64,000 bases of DNA from an uncultured Gammaproteobacteria bacterium (lineage in GTDB: Bacteria > Pseudomonadota > Gammaproteobacteria > CAWCPV01): assembly GCA_963797555.1 (NCBI GenBank), contig CAWCPV010000003.1, forward strand, positions 224,001 to 288,000, written 5' to 3'. Numbering within the stretch: the first letter of the stretch is position 1; every line of letters begins with the position of its first letter. Of this stretch, positions 9,879-20,951 are shown piece by piece. The notes under the pieces were generated by a model, which had not been told where the DNA came from, did not search any database, and saw only the letters and a list, made by a program, of their open reading frames with translations. Both the position numbers and the translations under genes were made by a program.

Positions 9879-10442
9879 ATGCCTTGGGAAGTCGAGCCGG
9901 CGCTGCGTGCGCAACGCGTGTACGCCGCAGCCGATCTGCTGTACTCCCGAGAGCAGGTCGAGAACGCCCTCGACCATATGGCGCGAGACATCGCCGCGGC
10001 ACTGGCCGACGCGAGCCCCCTGGTGCTGTGCGTGATGACCGGCGGGCTGGTGCCCACCCAAAAGCTCATCGAGCGCTTCGACTTTCTCTTGGAGCTGGAT
10101 TACGTCCACGCAACCCGGTACGGCGGCCGCACTCGCGGCGGCGGACTGCGCTGGATAGCCCGCCCCATCACGCCGCTGGTCGGTCGGGTGGTATTGGTGG
10201 TCGACGATATCCTGGACGAAGGCTTCACCCTCGCCGCCATTCTCGACGACTGTCGCGCCCGCGGGGCACGCGAGGTATACAGCGCGGTATTGGTGGAGAA
10301 GGAACGACAGCGCAGCCTGGCTATCCGCACAGACTTCACCGGCCTTCACGTGGAAAATCGCTACGTATTCGGTTACGGCATGGATTACCGTGGCTACCTG
10401 CGGAATACCAAAGGGATCTACGCGGTGAAGGACGATGCCTGA
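9879..10442 (+). CDS. hpt: Hypoxanthine-guanine phosphoribosyltransferase
   Basis: VLVVDDILDEGFTL PRPP-binding motif; YVFGYGMDY. Confidence 0.92.
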   Translation: MPWEVEPALRAQRVYAAADLLYSREQVENALDHMARDIAAALADASPLVLCVMTGGLVPTQKLIERFDFLLELDYVHATRYGGRTRGGGLRWIARPITPLVGRVVLVVDDILDEGFTLAAILDDCRARGAREVYSAVLVEKERQRSLAIRTDFTGLHVENRYVFGYGMDYRGYLRNTKGIYAVKDDA

Positions 10443-11175
10443 GCTGGCCATCATCGGCGGCACCGGCCTCACCATGCTGAGCAGCCTCCAGATCACATGC
10501 CGCAGGGTGGTCCGCACCCCGTACGGCGAGCCCTCGGGCCCCCTCACCTATGGTAGCTTCTGTGACCACGAGGTGCTGTTCCTTGCGAGACACGGTCACG
10601 GGCACACCATTCCGCCGCATCAGGTGAACTACCGCGCCAACCTTTGGGCACTGAAGGACGCCGGGGCCCCCAAGATCGTCGCGGTCGGTGCGGTGGGGGG
10701 CATCCGGGCGGACATGCACCCCGGCGAGCTGGCAGTCCCGGATCAGATCATCGACTACACCTGGGGTCGGGAGCACACCTATTTCGGCGAGGGTCCGGAC
10801 CACGTCACCCACGTGGACTTCACCCGGCCATACTGCCAGGAGCTACGCCTCCTGCTGCTACAGGCCGGCCAGCAGGCCGGACTCGCCCTGCGCCCCGATG
10901 GGACCTACGGGGCGACCCAGGGTCCGCGCTTGGAGACCGCCGCGGAGATCGACCGCATGGAACAAGATGGCTGCGCCATGGTAGGGATGACCGGGATGCC
11001 CGAGGCGGCGCTCGCGCGTGAGCTGAATTCCTGTTACGCCCACTGCGCGGTCGTGGCCAACTGGGCCGCCGGCCGCCAGCAAGCCATCATCGATATGCGG
11101 GAAATCGACCGCAACCTGAAGACGGGTATGGAACGGCTCAGACTGCTGCTGGAGCACGTGGTGCGGGTTCTCTGA
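10435..11175 (+). CDS. mtnP: S-methyl-5'-thioadenosine/thioinosine phosphorylase
   Basis: AIIGGTG, TPYGEPS, LARHG..H..PPH.VNYRAN, GPRLETAAE, VGMTGMPEA. Confidence 0.88.
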   Translation: MPELAIIGGTGLTMLSSLQITCRRVVRTPYGEPSGPLTYGSFCDHEVLFLARHGHGHTIPPHQVNYRANLWALKDAGAPKIVAVGAVGGIRADMHPGELAVPDQIIDYTWGREHTYFGEGPDHVTHVDFTRPYCQELRLLLLQAGQQAGLALRPDGTYGATQGPRLETAAEIDRMEQDGCAMVGMTGMPEAALARELNSCYAHCAVVANWAAGRQQAIIDMREIDRNLKTGMERLRLLLEHVVRVL

Positions 11176-11396
11176 GACTGTGCAATCGCCGGTGCGCACG
11201 CTCCTTGCACACCGCCCGGGTCCCGCACTGAGAGAACTCGACTGGGTAAGTGTCGGCCGGGAGCCTCCAACACTCTGGGGGCGCCTGCTCTCCGCGTTTG
11301 CGCCCCCCGGCTATGCTACAATGTCGCCCCGCGGTGTGGCTGCAGACTAGCCGTGACTGCGGCTGGGTGAGGCCAGCACGGCCCAACCGATGCGCC

Positions 11397-12124
11397 ATGG
11401 CGATCGATATCCCCGAGCCCCAGGTATCGACCTGGACTGCGATTTTTGGCCCCGTCGTCGAGCGTGTGATCGAGGCATCTAGCAACATCGCTTGCGCTCT
11501 GCGGAGCACCTTCCGACCCCTGAGCAGCTTGGAGCGGCTTTGGATGAGTTGTTGCCCGCGATGAGCACAGCGGAGGCAGCGGGAAATCCCGCAGTCGTGA
11601 ACCCCCTGGGAGACCGAGGTATCGAGCTGCTCATTGACCTCGCCCAATGGGCAGCCAGGCTTGGCCTCGTGGGTGCCGGCGGTGAGCTTCAACGACTGGC
11701 CGTGCCGGTGGCCCTCTGGGTCGGCAGACTCACCGGGGAGCTGCGTCTCTTGGAGCCGCTGGTCAACGCGGTGGCATCAATGGCCAACGCCCTTCACGAC
11801 CCGAGAGATCTGGAGGCGCTGAGTCGCCTGATCGACGAGATCATGCAGGCGGTGGCACAAGACATCAGAGCGGACGCAGACAAGACCAATCCGGCGCGGC
11901 CGTGGCGTGTGCTGAACCGGAATGCCGGGATCGTGGCAACCCGCTGCGGCAACCTCCAGGCTATGGAACGCGCCTTCGACACGCTCTGCGCTAACTTGCC
12001 CGAGGATGCGCCCAGGTTCTTCGCAGAAGGCATGGGGCAGATGGATGCCCTGGATTATCCGGCAGACGTCCGCGCGGTGGTCGAGCGCCATTACCGGCGC
12101 TGGTCTACGCGCAAGCTCCATTGA
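11397..12124 (+). CDS. Hypothetical helical protein; probable frameshift near 11480 (intact ORF part 11492-12124)
   Basis: Protein-like ORF in an operon with yciB; an upstream ATG segment (MAIDIPEP...) lies in another frame. Confidence 0.6.
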
Positions 12125-12137
12125 CTCGAGACCTCAT

Positions 12138-12689
12138 ATGAAACTGTTCTTCGACCTGTTTCCCGTAGCCGTATTTTTCCTCGTCTTCAAACTGTATGGG
12201 ATCTTCGCAGCGACTGCGGTCGCGATTGCGGCATCCTTCGCTCAGGTGGGTCTCCACTGGCTGAGACACAGGCGTTTCGAAACGCTCCATCTGGTAACGC
12301 TCGCCCTGATCGCGGTACTGGGAGGCGCCACGCTGGTGTTTCACGACGACACGTTCATCAAGTGGAAGCCCAGTGTAGTGAACTGGGTGTTCGCCGGGCT
12401 GTTCCTGGGCAGCCGTCTATGGAGCGGCAAGACTCTCGTCGAACGACTGATGGGTCAGGCCGTCAAGCTTCCCGCGGAAGTCTGGGAGCGGCTCAATATC
12501 GGCTGGGCGGCATTCTTTATCGCCGTCGGATTGGCCAACCTGTACGTGGCCTATCACTTCGACACCGACACCTGGGTAAACTTCAAGCTGTTCGGAATCA
12601 TGGGCCTGACGCTCGTATTCGCGGTCGCCCAAGCCTTTTATCTGGCCCGCTATATCAGTGCGGACCAAGGGTCCGGGGAGGAAACCTAG
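12138..12689 (+). CDS. yciB: Inner-membrane septation protein A (YciB/IspZ)
   Basis: MKLFFDLFPV..FF, FIKWKPS, WVNFKLFG. Confidence 0.93.
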   Translation: MKLFFDLFPVAVFFLVFKLYGIFAATAVAIAASFAQVGLHWLRHRRFETLHLVTLALIAVLGGATLVFHDDTFIKWKPSVVNWVFAGLFLGSRLWSGKTLVERLMGQAVKLPAEVWERLNIGWAAFFIAVGLANLYVAYHFDTDTWVNFKLFGIMGLTLVFAVAQAFYLARYISADQGSGEET

Positions 12690-12989
12690 GTGCTGTATGC
12701 CATCATGGGCCAGGACGGGCCGGACAGTCTGGAACGCCGCGCCTCTGTCAGGGCGGCTCATCTGACGCGACTCGAAGTGTTGCAGGCAGAGGGCCGCCTG
12801 GTGCTTGCAGGACCCCTTCCGGCCATCGACACCGAGGATCCGGGTCCAGCAGGCTTCAGCGGCAGCTTGGTGGTAGCGGAGTTCGACTCATTGGAAGACG
12901 CCGAGACGTGGACACGCGCGGACCCGTACGTCGAGGCTGGTGTCTACGCTAATGTGGTGGTCAGGCCCTTCAAGCGGGTGCTTCCCTGA
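12690..12989 (+). CDS. yciI: YciI family protein
   Basis: [27 protein letters not shown]; synteny with yciB. Confidence 0.92.
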   Translation: MLYAIMGQDGPDSLERRASVRAAHLTRLEVLQAEGRLVLAGPLPAIDTEDPGPAGFSGSLVVAEFDSLEDAETWTRADPYVEAGVYANVVVRPFKRVLP

Positions 12990-13267
12990 TGACCGACCGT
13001 AAGGCGATGATCGGCCAACGCCTGCGGGAGACGCTGGCCCCTCTGCAGCTCGAGATCACGGACCAGAGCCACCGCCACGCCGGCCACGCCGGAGCAAGGG
13101 GCGGCGGTGGTCATTTCGACCTGACTATCGTATCGTCGCGTTTTACCGGAAAGACGTTGCTGCAGCGCCACCGCATGATTTACGCTGCGCTGGGCGAAGC
13201 GATGCAGGGGGAGATTCATGCCCTCAGCATCAGGGCATTGGCGCCTGAGGAAACCACAGAGGAGTGA
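12989..13267 (+). CDS. bolA: BolA family protein
   Basis: DQSHRHAGH, GHF...IVS..F.G...RHRMIY, IHALSI. Confidence 0.92.
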   Translation: MTDRKAMIGQRLRETLAPLQLEITDQSHRHAGHAGARGGGGHFDLTIVSSRFTGKTLLQRHRMIYAALGEAMQGEIHALSIRALAPEETTEE

Positions 13268-13278
13268 GGCGATTGAAC

Positions 13279-14119
13279 ATGCATGACGTACGTAGACCGA
13301 TGCTCGGCAGCGGCTTCGCCGCAGTACTGTTGCTGGGCTGCCTGCAGGCGCCGCAAAGTGCCGCGGCCCAACGGCAGGCCACGGGGAAGGGGGCTGGAGC
13401 CGGGGACGTGGTCGCCGTAGTCAATGGCAAGCCGATTACTCAGGAGTTGCTGGACATCTACGCCGGCCTCCAGAAGAGTGCTCGGCCCGGCACTGGTCCG
13501 GATCGGCAGGCACTGGTCGAACATCTGGTGGATCTGGAGGTGCTGGCCCAGGACGCCGTGAGGCAGGGCCTTGAGAAGGACCCGTTGGTCAAGGCGCAGA
13601 TGGAGTTCCAGAGACTCAACATATTGGCCAGCGCGGCCCTGCGGAAGCAGCTCAATGCCCACACCTTCACCGACAGTGAACTCAAGGCGGAGTACGCACG
13701 ACTGGTCGCCGCGGCGCCCAAGAAGGAATACCGTGCTCGACACATCCTCACCAAGACCCAAGCCGAGGCAGAGGCCAGCATAGCCCAGCTCAATAAGGGT
13801 ACGGACTTCGCGAAGCTCGCCGAGCAGAAATCCACCGATGCGTCCGGCAAGAAAGGCGGCGAGTTGGGGTGGTTCACGACAAACCAGATGGCAGAGCCGT
13901 TTGCGAAGGCCGTAGAAGGTCTCTCCAAGGGCAGCTACACGAAGACGCCGGTGGAAACTCCGTTCGGCTGGCACGTGATCCAGCTGGAAGACGTTCCGGG
14001 ACGTCAAGTTGCCTTCATTTGACGCCGTACGCCATAACGTCGAGCAAGAACTGCAAGCGAAGCTGGCCAATGAGTACGTGGCGAAGATCAAGGCAAAGGC
14101 GAAGATAGAGATGCGTTAG
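13279..14119 (+). CDS. Periplasmic PpiC/parvulin-type PPIase; frameshift near 13995
   Basis: Signal peptide, RARHIL, GGELGWF, PVETPFGWHVI. The C-terminus (VKLPSFDAVR...KAKAKIEMR*) continues in another frame to TAG at 14119. Confidence 0.85.
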
Positions 14120-14670
14120 TTAGCCCGGAACAATGCAGCAGACGGTCAAACGTCTGCGTGGGCGCGCTCAGAGCACGGCGCAGGATCTCTGCACGGGGGC
14201 CTGGTCCGTTTGATGCTCACGGAACCGGGTCGGCAGTGTGCCGACCCGTCGCCCTTCGGGGGTTTGTCCGCTCGCATGACCAAGGGTCGTATGACGCTTT
14301 TGTCCTGATGACGAGAGGCTGGAGGTCCAATTCCACGTTCGGAGGGCGACGTTTCGCTTGATTCGCGCCCGGCATCCTCTGCGTGACTGAGCTGGCGCCG
14401 TTCTGCAGGGTGAGGCACCGACGCACGAAGAGCCTGTTCGGCATGCGCGGCATGGTGGGCATGCGGTCGCGGGCCCCGCGGGCGCCAACGCGCGGGGCCC
14501 GCGCGCTCGGGGTACCTCCAATGCCTTGAACGGCTCGGACCGTTTCGTACTTTCCCGGGACGTGCGCCGCGTATGTCCTGAAACCGCGGGACACGGCTAC
14601 AGAATGCCGAGCCAGTGGCTAGACCGGAAACCATGGTCCAAGCGTTACCGATCACCGACGGTACATCCTG

Positions 14671-17643
14671 ATGCTGCGTACGCTGTTCCGCCCGAGGTGG
14701 CGTCACCCTGATCCTCAAGTACGACGATCCGCGGTTGCAACGCTGGACCCTTCTGACGGGCCGTCGGCGGAGATTCTGGCCGACCTTGCGCGATCGGACC
14801 AGAACACTGATGTTCGGTGCGAAGCCGTCAACCGCTTGCAGGACCTCGCCGTGCTCGCGGAACTCGCCTTCGACGAAGCAGATAGCACTGTCCGAGAGGC
14901 GGCTAGGCGACGGTACTGCGATTGCCTGGCGGGCGTCGGGGAGCGGCCCGCACCCCTCGATCAGCGTCTGGCCGCCGTGACCGGCTGCACGCACCCTGAC
15001 GTTCTCGCCCAAATCGCCAGCCACGGCCGCGAGGCGGAGGTGCGGATCGCCGCCTTGACCCGCATCGAGGACGAATCCCTATGCGCCGAGATCGCGATCC
15101 GAGACCCGGTTGCACAGGTCCGACGGGCGGCGCTGGACAAAGTCACCGCCCGCGCCACGCTCGATCGGGTGGCGAAGGAGACGCGCCAACGGGACAAAGG
15201 TATCAGCCGCTTGGCCCGGGAGCGGTCGGCAGTACTGGACGCTGAGGCGCGAGTCGCCGCGAAGCTGCGCGCGGAATGCGAGAGCATCTGCCATGAGATG
15301 GAGATCTTGCTGCCGATTCAGGACCCCACTCGGCTCAAGGACGGCCTGGCCAAGCTGGAGATGCGCTGGCGAAGGCTGGCGAGCAGTCCCCCGCAAGATC
15401 TGGCCACGCGATACGGGCAGGCACACGGCAGCGCGCTGCAGTCTTTGGAGAATCTACGCATTGCTGCGGCCTCGGAACAAGCCTCCGAAGATGGTGCAAC
15501 ACAGGAACTGCGCAGCCAGAAGATCAACCTCTGTGAGAACGTCGAGAACCTACTGCACGAGCTCGAGCGGTGCGAGGCCTTGGAGCCCGAGACCGAGAGG
15601 CGAGTAATCGCGGCCTTGGATGTCACGCAGAGAGGCTGGGGCGAGATTCAGCCGCTCCCTGGGCCGGAGGAGAAGCAGTTCCAGGCGCACTTCACGCAAG
15701 CGGGTGACGCCGTCCGCGCCAGGTTGGCAACGCTGCTAAGGGAACGGGGGCTGCGGAACGCCGTGGCGGATCTGTTCGCAAAGGCGCAGGCTCTGCTAAT
15801 CCGTTCCGGCCACATTGACGAACCTACCGTCCAGGATCTGGCCCGTCAGCGCGCCGCGCTGGAACCGCTGTCCCCCGATGCCGGCGACCTAGGCCGGCGT
15901 TTCCAGGACCTCCTGGACCAACTGTCTGCTCGGCTCCGCCAGGAACGGGAGGATCGGGCGCAGGCTTTGGCAAGCCTGGAAGACCGCGTAAAGCGACTGG
16001 AACAGGCAGTGGAGGCCGGAGAGCTGGCCGCGGCCGAGACGTTGGTGGCCGAGCTGGAGGCGGCTCCACAGGGTGGAAGGATGCTGCCGAGTCATCGTGT
16101 CAAGGCGTTGCACGAACGCCTGCGAAAGGCCAGGGAGCGGGCCCGCGATCTCGCAGCCTGGCGGGGATGGGCCGGCACCCTGGAACGAGAGAGGCTTTGC
16201 GACGAGGTCGAGGGGCTGATCGGGAGAAGCGCCGATGCACCGGAGATCGCCGCCCGAATTAAAGAGCTACGGGGCACGTGGAACCACCTGGGACCGCTGC
16301 AGTCGGCACGTGATCACACCCTGTCGAGGCGTTTCAACCGTGCGTGCGAGCAAGCGTATGTCCCCTGCCGTGCTTACTTCCGGGCTCAGGCCGAAGAGCG
16401 CGCCGCCAATCTGGCCGCACGGCAAGAGCTGTGCACCGGTCTGGAGCAGTTACTCACTACGACCGATTGGGAAGCCCAGGTCGACTGGGCCGCCACCGAG
16501 CGCCTTGCCCGAGACGCCCGGACGCGGTGGACAGCCATCGGGCCGGTGGACCGCAAGGAGGTGCGCACCGTCCAGGAGCGCTTCGAGGCTGCCATGGCTA
16601 TGCTGGCAAAGCATCTGCGGGCCGAGAGGGAACGCAACTTCGACGCCAAGCTCGAGATCGTTCGGATGGCCGAAGGCCTTGCGGAGCAAGGTAACGTGCG
16701 CGAGGCCACGAGACAGATTCCGGCGCTGCGCCAACGCTGGCAGCAAGTGGGACCGACCTCCGCGCCCAAAGAGCGGGCGCTGCGGCGTCGCTTCGAGGCA
16801 GCTTGCGGAGCGGTCGCCGAGCGCAGGCGCCAGCAAGTGGAAACACTGCGCCGCGAACGGGCCGTCAACGAGGAGCGCAAGGAAGCGCTCTGCCAGCGCC
16901 TAGAGGCCATGGCCGCGTTGGACGGCCCGGAGCTGGAATCTGCGGCGAGGTCTGTCGCGCGCCTCAGGGAGGAATGGCAAGCCGTCGGGTCGGTGCCGAG
17001 AGAGGTGGCGGAGGGTCTGGAGAGGCGCTTCCGTGAGGGGTTGACCCAAGTACAGGAGCGCTGCCGGGCACGGCACTGGCAGGTGCGTGAAGAACGGCTC
17101 CAAAACCTTGCACGCAAGGCCGAGCTCTGCGCTGGCCTGGAGGAGCTTTGGGTGGACGCACCACGTGACCTGTCAGCCGAACGCGTAGAAGCGGCGCACC
17201 AGGAGTGGGCGGCGCTCCCCGCCCTCGATCCCGATCTCGAACGCGCCATCGGCGACCGGTTCGCCAGGGCCTGCGCCCTGGCGCTCGATGCGCAGGCCGG
17301 CGGCGCAGTGGAGCTGGAGCAGGAACGACGCACCGACCTCGCAGCCAAGGAAACCCTGTGCGTCCGCATGGAGATCCTGGCGGGCGTCGAGTCTCCGCCC
17401 GGAGCTGTGGAGGCCCGCCTTCGTTACCAGCTGGAACGTCTCGCCCAGGAGATGGGACGCGGGGGCACTCAGAGCGCGAGTCTGGATGCGTTGGAAGAAG
17501 TCTGGCAGCTGGAACGCGCGTGGTATCTTGCGGGCCCCCTGCCATTGGGGACGGAGGCCGGTCTGGAACAGCGCTTTCAGTATGCTCGCCGCGTCTTCTA
17601 CGAAGGGGCCGGAATCACCGCAATCGCCCCCGCTCTCGCCTGA
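14671..17643 (+). CDS. DUF349-repeat protein with N-terminal HEAT-like repeats
   Basis: WRHPDPQVR start; repeated K..LC...E.L...W..VG.V.R......RF modules; 990 aa. Confidence 0.82.
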   Translation: MLRTLFRPRWRHPDPQVRRSAVATLDPSDGPSAEILADLARSDQNTDVRCEAVNRLQDLAVLAELAFDEADSTVREAARRRYCDCLAGVGERPAPLDQRLAAVTGCTHPDVLAQIASHGREAEVRIAALTRIEDESLCAEIAIRDPVAQVRRAALDKVTARATLDRVAKETRQRDKGISRLARERSAVLDAEARVAAKLRAECESICHEMEILLPIQDPTRLKDGLAKLEMRWRRLASSPPQDLATRYGQAHGSALQSLENLRIAAASEQASEDGATQELRSQKINLCENVENLLHELERCEALEPETERRVIAALDVTQRGWGEIQPLPGPEEKQFQAHFTQAGDAVRARLATLLRERGLRNAVADLFAKAQALLIRSGHIDEPTVQDLARQRAALEPLSPDAGDLGRRFQDLLDQLSARLRQEREDRAQALASLEDRVKRLEQAVEAGELAAAETLVAELEAAPQGGRMLPSHRVKALHERLRKARERARDLAAWRGWAGTLERERLCDEVEGLIGRSADAPEIAARIKELRGTWNHLGPLQSARDHTLSRRFNRACEQAYVPCRAYFRAQAEERAANLAARQELCTGLEQLLTTTDWEAQVDWAATERLARDARTRWTAIGPVDRKEVRTVQERFEAAMAMLAKHLRAERERNFDAKLEIVRMAEGLAEQGNVREATRQIPALRQRWQQVGPTSAPKERALRRRFEAACGAVAERRRQQVETLRRERAVNEERKEALCQRLEAMAALDGPELESAARSVARLREEWQAVGSVPREVAEGLERRFREGLTQVQERCRARHWQVREERLQNLARKAELCAGLEELWVDAPRDLSAERVEAAHQEWAALPALDPDLERAIGDRFARACALALDAQAGGAVELEQERRTDLAAKETLCVRMEILAGVESPPGAVEARLRYQLERLAQEMGRGGTQSASLDALEEVWQLERAWYLAGPLPLGTEAGLEQRFQYARRVFYEGAGITAIAPALA

Positions 17644-17660
17644 AGTGCCAGGCTCGGACC

Positions 17661-18023
17661 GAGAGCTTGCGAATAAATCTGCTGCACGTCCCGACAGCGG
17701 CGTTGCGCGTTGCCTATAGCGTACCTCCCTGTACGCCAACCCCTGTGGGGCGTCCTACGGACGTGCCGAATGACTGTCCTGCCGTTCGGTCGTTCCTCGC
17801 CCATCTGCTTGATCCTAAAAACGGCAGTTGGAATGTATGTATCTGATTTATCAAGAACTGTTCCAACTGCTCCGCATTTAGCGTCTTCGCGCCGGAAGCC
17901 GCGCCACATAAGGCTTTCAGCTCAATTTCGAAGGGCAACTGCGTTTTTTAGGTTGATATGTCGTGTCGCTGCGCTGCGTGCGCCTTGCTCTCGCACCGCT
18001 CACGACGATTTCTTCACGATCTC
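17661..18023 (+). mobile_element. MITE-like hairpin-rich repeat, copy 1 (with AT-rich insert)
   Basis: Imperfect TIRs GAGAGCTTGCGAATAAATC / GATTTCTTCACGATCTC; alignable by eye to 27499-27729. Confidence 0.7.
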
Positions 18024-18027
18024 TGGG

Positions 18028-19461
18028 TCAAGCGTTGACGCGGTGGATGGCCCGTCGGTCCACGGCCAGGGCGGCCTCGCGTAAGGCTTCGGCGAGTGTG
18101 GGATGGGCGTGGATGGTGCGGGCCAGGTCTTCGCTGCTGGCACCGAAGGTCATGGCCAGCACGGCCTCGGCGATAAGCTCGGATGCCTGGTTGCCGATGA
18201 CGTGCACGCCCAGCACGCGGTCGGTCGCGGCGTCGGCCAATATCTTCACCATACCCACCGGATCGTCCATGGCACGCGCCCGGCCACAGGCCGCAAAGGG
18301 AAATACGCCCGCACCATACGGCTCACCAGCGCCCTTTAGTGCCTGCTCGGTATGGCCGACCCAGGCGATCTCCGGACTGGTATAGATAACCGAGGGCACC
18401 GTGTCGTAATCGAGCTGTGCCTGGCGTCCGGCAATCAGCTCCGCCACCATCATTCCCTGCTCGGACCCCTTGTGGGCCAGCATAGGGCCTCCCACAACGT
18501 CGCCGACCGCATAGACGCCCGGCAGATTGGTGCGGCAGTGCTCGTTGACGTGGATGAACCCCTTCTCGTCCAACAGCAGCCCCGATTCCGGGGCGAACAG
18601 GCCGTCCGTATAAGGGCGCCTGCCCACCGCCACGACCAGACGATCGACCTGTAGTCGCTGCGGGCCGCCCTGCCCCTGGTACTCGACCACAACGTGTTTC
18701 TGAGTCTTGCGGGTGGCTACGACCCGCGCCCCCAGTTGAATATCCAGGCCCTGACGAGTGAATTGGCGGAACGCCTCGCGCGAGATCTGGGCATCGATCA
18801 TTGGCAAGAAAGTGTCCTGCGCCTCGAGCAGAACGACCTGGGCGCCGACGCGCTGCCAGACGCTGCCAAGCTCCAAACCGATCACTCCAGCCCCGATGAT
18901 ACCCAGCTTCCTGGGAACTTCATCGAACTCCAAGGCCCCGGCCGAGTCGACCACCCATTCTCCGTCCGCGGGTGCCGCCCCCATCTCTATCGGTCTCGAA
19001 CCACTCGCCAGGATGACCTGCTCCGGCTCGAGGACAACGGGCCGTTCCCCGGGGCTATGGGGTGTCACCTGTACCCGCTTGCCGTCCAGCAGCCTTCCAC
19101 GTCCCGGCAGCCAGACAATGGCATTCGCTTGGAACAGGGTCTGAATGCCGCTGGTCATGCCCTTGACGATGCGATCCTTGCGGGCAATCATCGCCGAAAC
19201 GTCTATGGTAGCGCCCTGCACACGGATTCCGTGCTCGGAGAAGCCGTGGAGCAAGCGGTAGTAATTCTCCGACGAGTCGAGCAGCGCCTTCGAAGGAATG
19301 CACCCTGCATTGAGGCAGGTACCCCCGAGACTCGGCGTCCCATGCTTGTCCACCCAGTCGTCCACACATGCGGTGCGCAACCCGAGCTGAGCGCAGCGGA
19401 TCGCAGCGACGTAACCGGCGGGTCCAGCACCGATCACTACCACATCGTATGTTTCTGCCAT
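18028..19461 (-). CDS. lpdA: Dihydrolipoamide dehydrogenase (E3)
   Basis: GAGPAGY, GGTCLNAGCIPSK redox disulfide, HAHPTLAE. Confidence 0.96.
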   Translation of the reverse strand: MAETYDVVVIGAGPAGYVAAIRCAQLGLRTACVDDWVDKHGTPSLGGTCLNAGCIPSKALLDSSENYYRLLHGFSEHGIRVQGATIDVSAMIARKDRIVKGMTSGIQTLFQANAIVWLPGRGRLLDGKRVQVTPHSPGERPVVLEPEQVILASGSRPIEMGAAPADGEWVVDSAGALEFDEVPRKLGIIGAGVIGLELGSVWQRVGAQVVLLEAQDTFLPMIDAQISREAFRQFTRQGLDIQLGARVVATRKTQKHVVVEYQGQGGPQRLQVDRLVVAVGRRPYTDGLFAPESGLLLDEKGFIHVNEHCRTNLPGVYAVGDVVGGPMLAHKGSEQGMMVAELIAGRQAQLDYDTVPSVIYTSPEIAWVGHTEQALKGAGEPYGAGVFPFAACGRARAMDDPVGMVKILADAATDRVLGVHVIGNQASELIAEAVLAMTFGASSEDLARTIHAHPTLAEALREAALAVDRRAIHRVNA

Positions 19462-19518
19462 AAGCTTCCCGAGCCCTTGCTGCAATCGCTCTAACGACTC
19501 GGAGTGACGCGCGAGCGC

Positions 19519-20835
19519 TCAGACCTCCAGTAGCAGCCGCACCGGGTCCTCCAAGAGATCCTTGACCGTCACCAAAAAGCGCACTGCGTCGCGCCCATCG
19601 ACGATGCGGTGGTCATAGGACAGGGCCACGTACATCATGGGCCGCACCCGAATGTCGCCCTGCAGGACCACCGGTCGATCCTCGATCTTGTGCATTCCAA
19701 CGATCGCACTCTGCGGCGGGTTCAGTATGGGCGTCGACAGCAGCGACCCAAAGACCCCCCCGTTCGAGATGGTGAAGGTCCCGCCCGTCAGGTCTTCGAT
19801 GGTCAAGGTCCCCTCGCGCGCCCGTTGGGCGAAGGCCGCGATGTCGGACTCGATGGAAGCGAAGGTCAGCCGGTCAGCATCCCGCAGCACCGGCACCACC
19901 AGACCGCGCTCGGAGTCCACCGCGATGCCGATGTCATAGTAGTCATGGTAGAGAATGTCGCTTCCATCCACCGAGGCGTTCACCACGGGAAATCGCCTGA
20001 GCGCCTCCACGCAGGCTTTCACGAAAAAGCCCATGAGGCCAAGCTTAACCCCATGGCGCCGCTCGAACTCCTCCCGGTGCAGTCGGCGCAGCTCGGTCAC
20101 CGCCTGCATATCGATCTCGTTGATGGTGGTGAGGATCGCCGCGTTCTGCTGGGCTTGCACCAAGCGCTCCGCGATTCGGGCGCGCAGACGCGTCATCGGG
20201 ACCCGCCTCGTCGGCCGCTCCGCCGGAACCGGCGGCGCCTGGCCCGGCGCGCGCTGCACAGCTCCGCCCGGAACGACGACGGACTCCTCCTCGCCAGGCG
20301 CACCCTGCTCCTGGCGACGCTGCAGATACCTCAGAATGTCCTCCTTGGTGAGCCGACCGCCGCGTCCGCTGGCCGGGATATCTCGCGCCTCGAGCTGATG
20401 CTCCGCCAGCAGGCGCCGGACCGAGGGCGGCAAGGGCGGGGCGGCCTTCGTTTCTGCAGCCGCCGGAGCCGGCACCGTCCTCGGCGCGCGACCTCCCCCG
20501 CCGGCCTCCGCGACCTGCACCGCCGGTTCCTCCTCCTCAACGTCGGCCCCGGGATGATCTGCACCGCCGGATGTCCGCAGAGTCTCGCTGTGCGTTTCCT
20601 CGGTGTCGATGAGGGCAATCAGCTCTTCGCCTGTCACCTTCTCACCGTCCTGCCTCAGCACCTGCCGCAGCACACCCGAACGGGGAGCGGACACCTCCAG
20701 GACGACTTTGTCGGTCTCGAGATCGACCAAAGTCTCATCGCGCTGCACGCTGTCTCCCGCCTTCTTGTGCCAGGCCACCAGCGTAGCGTCCGACACCGAC
20801 TCCGGGAGCGGGGGGACGCGTACTTCTATGGGCAT
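19519..20835 (-). CDS. sucB: 2-oxoglutarate dehydrogenase E2 succinyltransferase
   Basis: Lipoyl domain [10 protein letters not shown]3-binding [19 protein letters not shown]. Confidence 0.96.
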   Translation of the reverse strand: MPIEVRVPPLPESVSDATLVAWHKKAGDSVQRDETLVDLETDKVVLEVSAPRSGVLRQVLRQDGEKVTGEELIALIDTEETHSETLRTSGGADHPGADVEEEEPAVQVAEAGGGGRAPRTVPAPAAAETKAAPPLPPSVRRLLAEHQLEARDIPASGRGGRLTKEDILRYLQRRQEQGAPGEEESVVVPGGAVQRAPGQAPPVPAERPTRRVPMTRLRARIAERLVQAQQNAAILTTINEIDMQAVTELRRLHREEFERRHGVKLGLMGFFVKACVEALRRFPVVNASVDGSDILYHDYYDIGIAVDSERGLVVPVLRDADRLTFASIESDIAAFAQRAREGTLTIEDLTGGTFTISNGGVFGSLLSTPILNPPQSAIVGMHKIEDRPVVLQGDIRVRPMMYVALSYDHRIVDGRDAVRFLVTVKDLLEDPVRLLLEV

Positions 20836-20951
20836 AGCATCAGCCTCCTCGGGGACCACGAATCCATTTGCACTCACACGCTCATCCGACCGCTGCGATG
20901 TCCATGGGGGACGCGCCGCCGCCCGCTCCGCCTCGTGAGCCACGCCGGCAG

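Noticed and set aside
14217-14470. Possible RAYT transposase N-terminal relic (MPRMPNRLFV...) on the minus strand
   Set aside because: Similarity is only a few residues and no HUH motif is recognisable.
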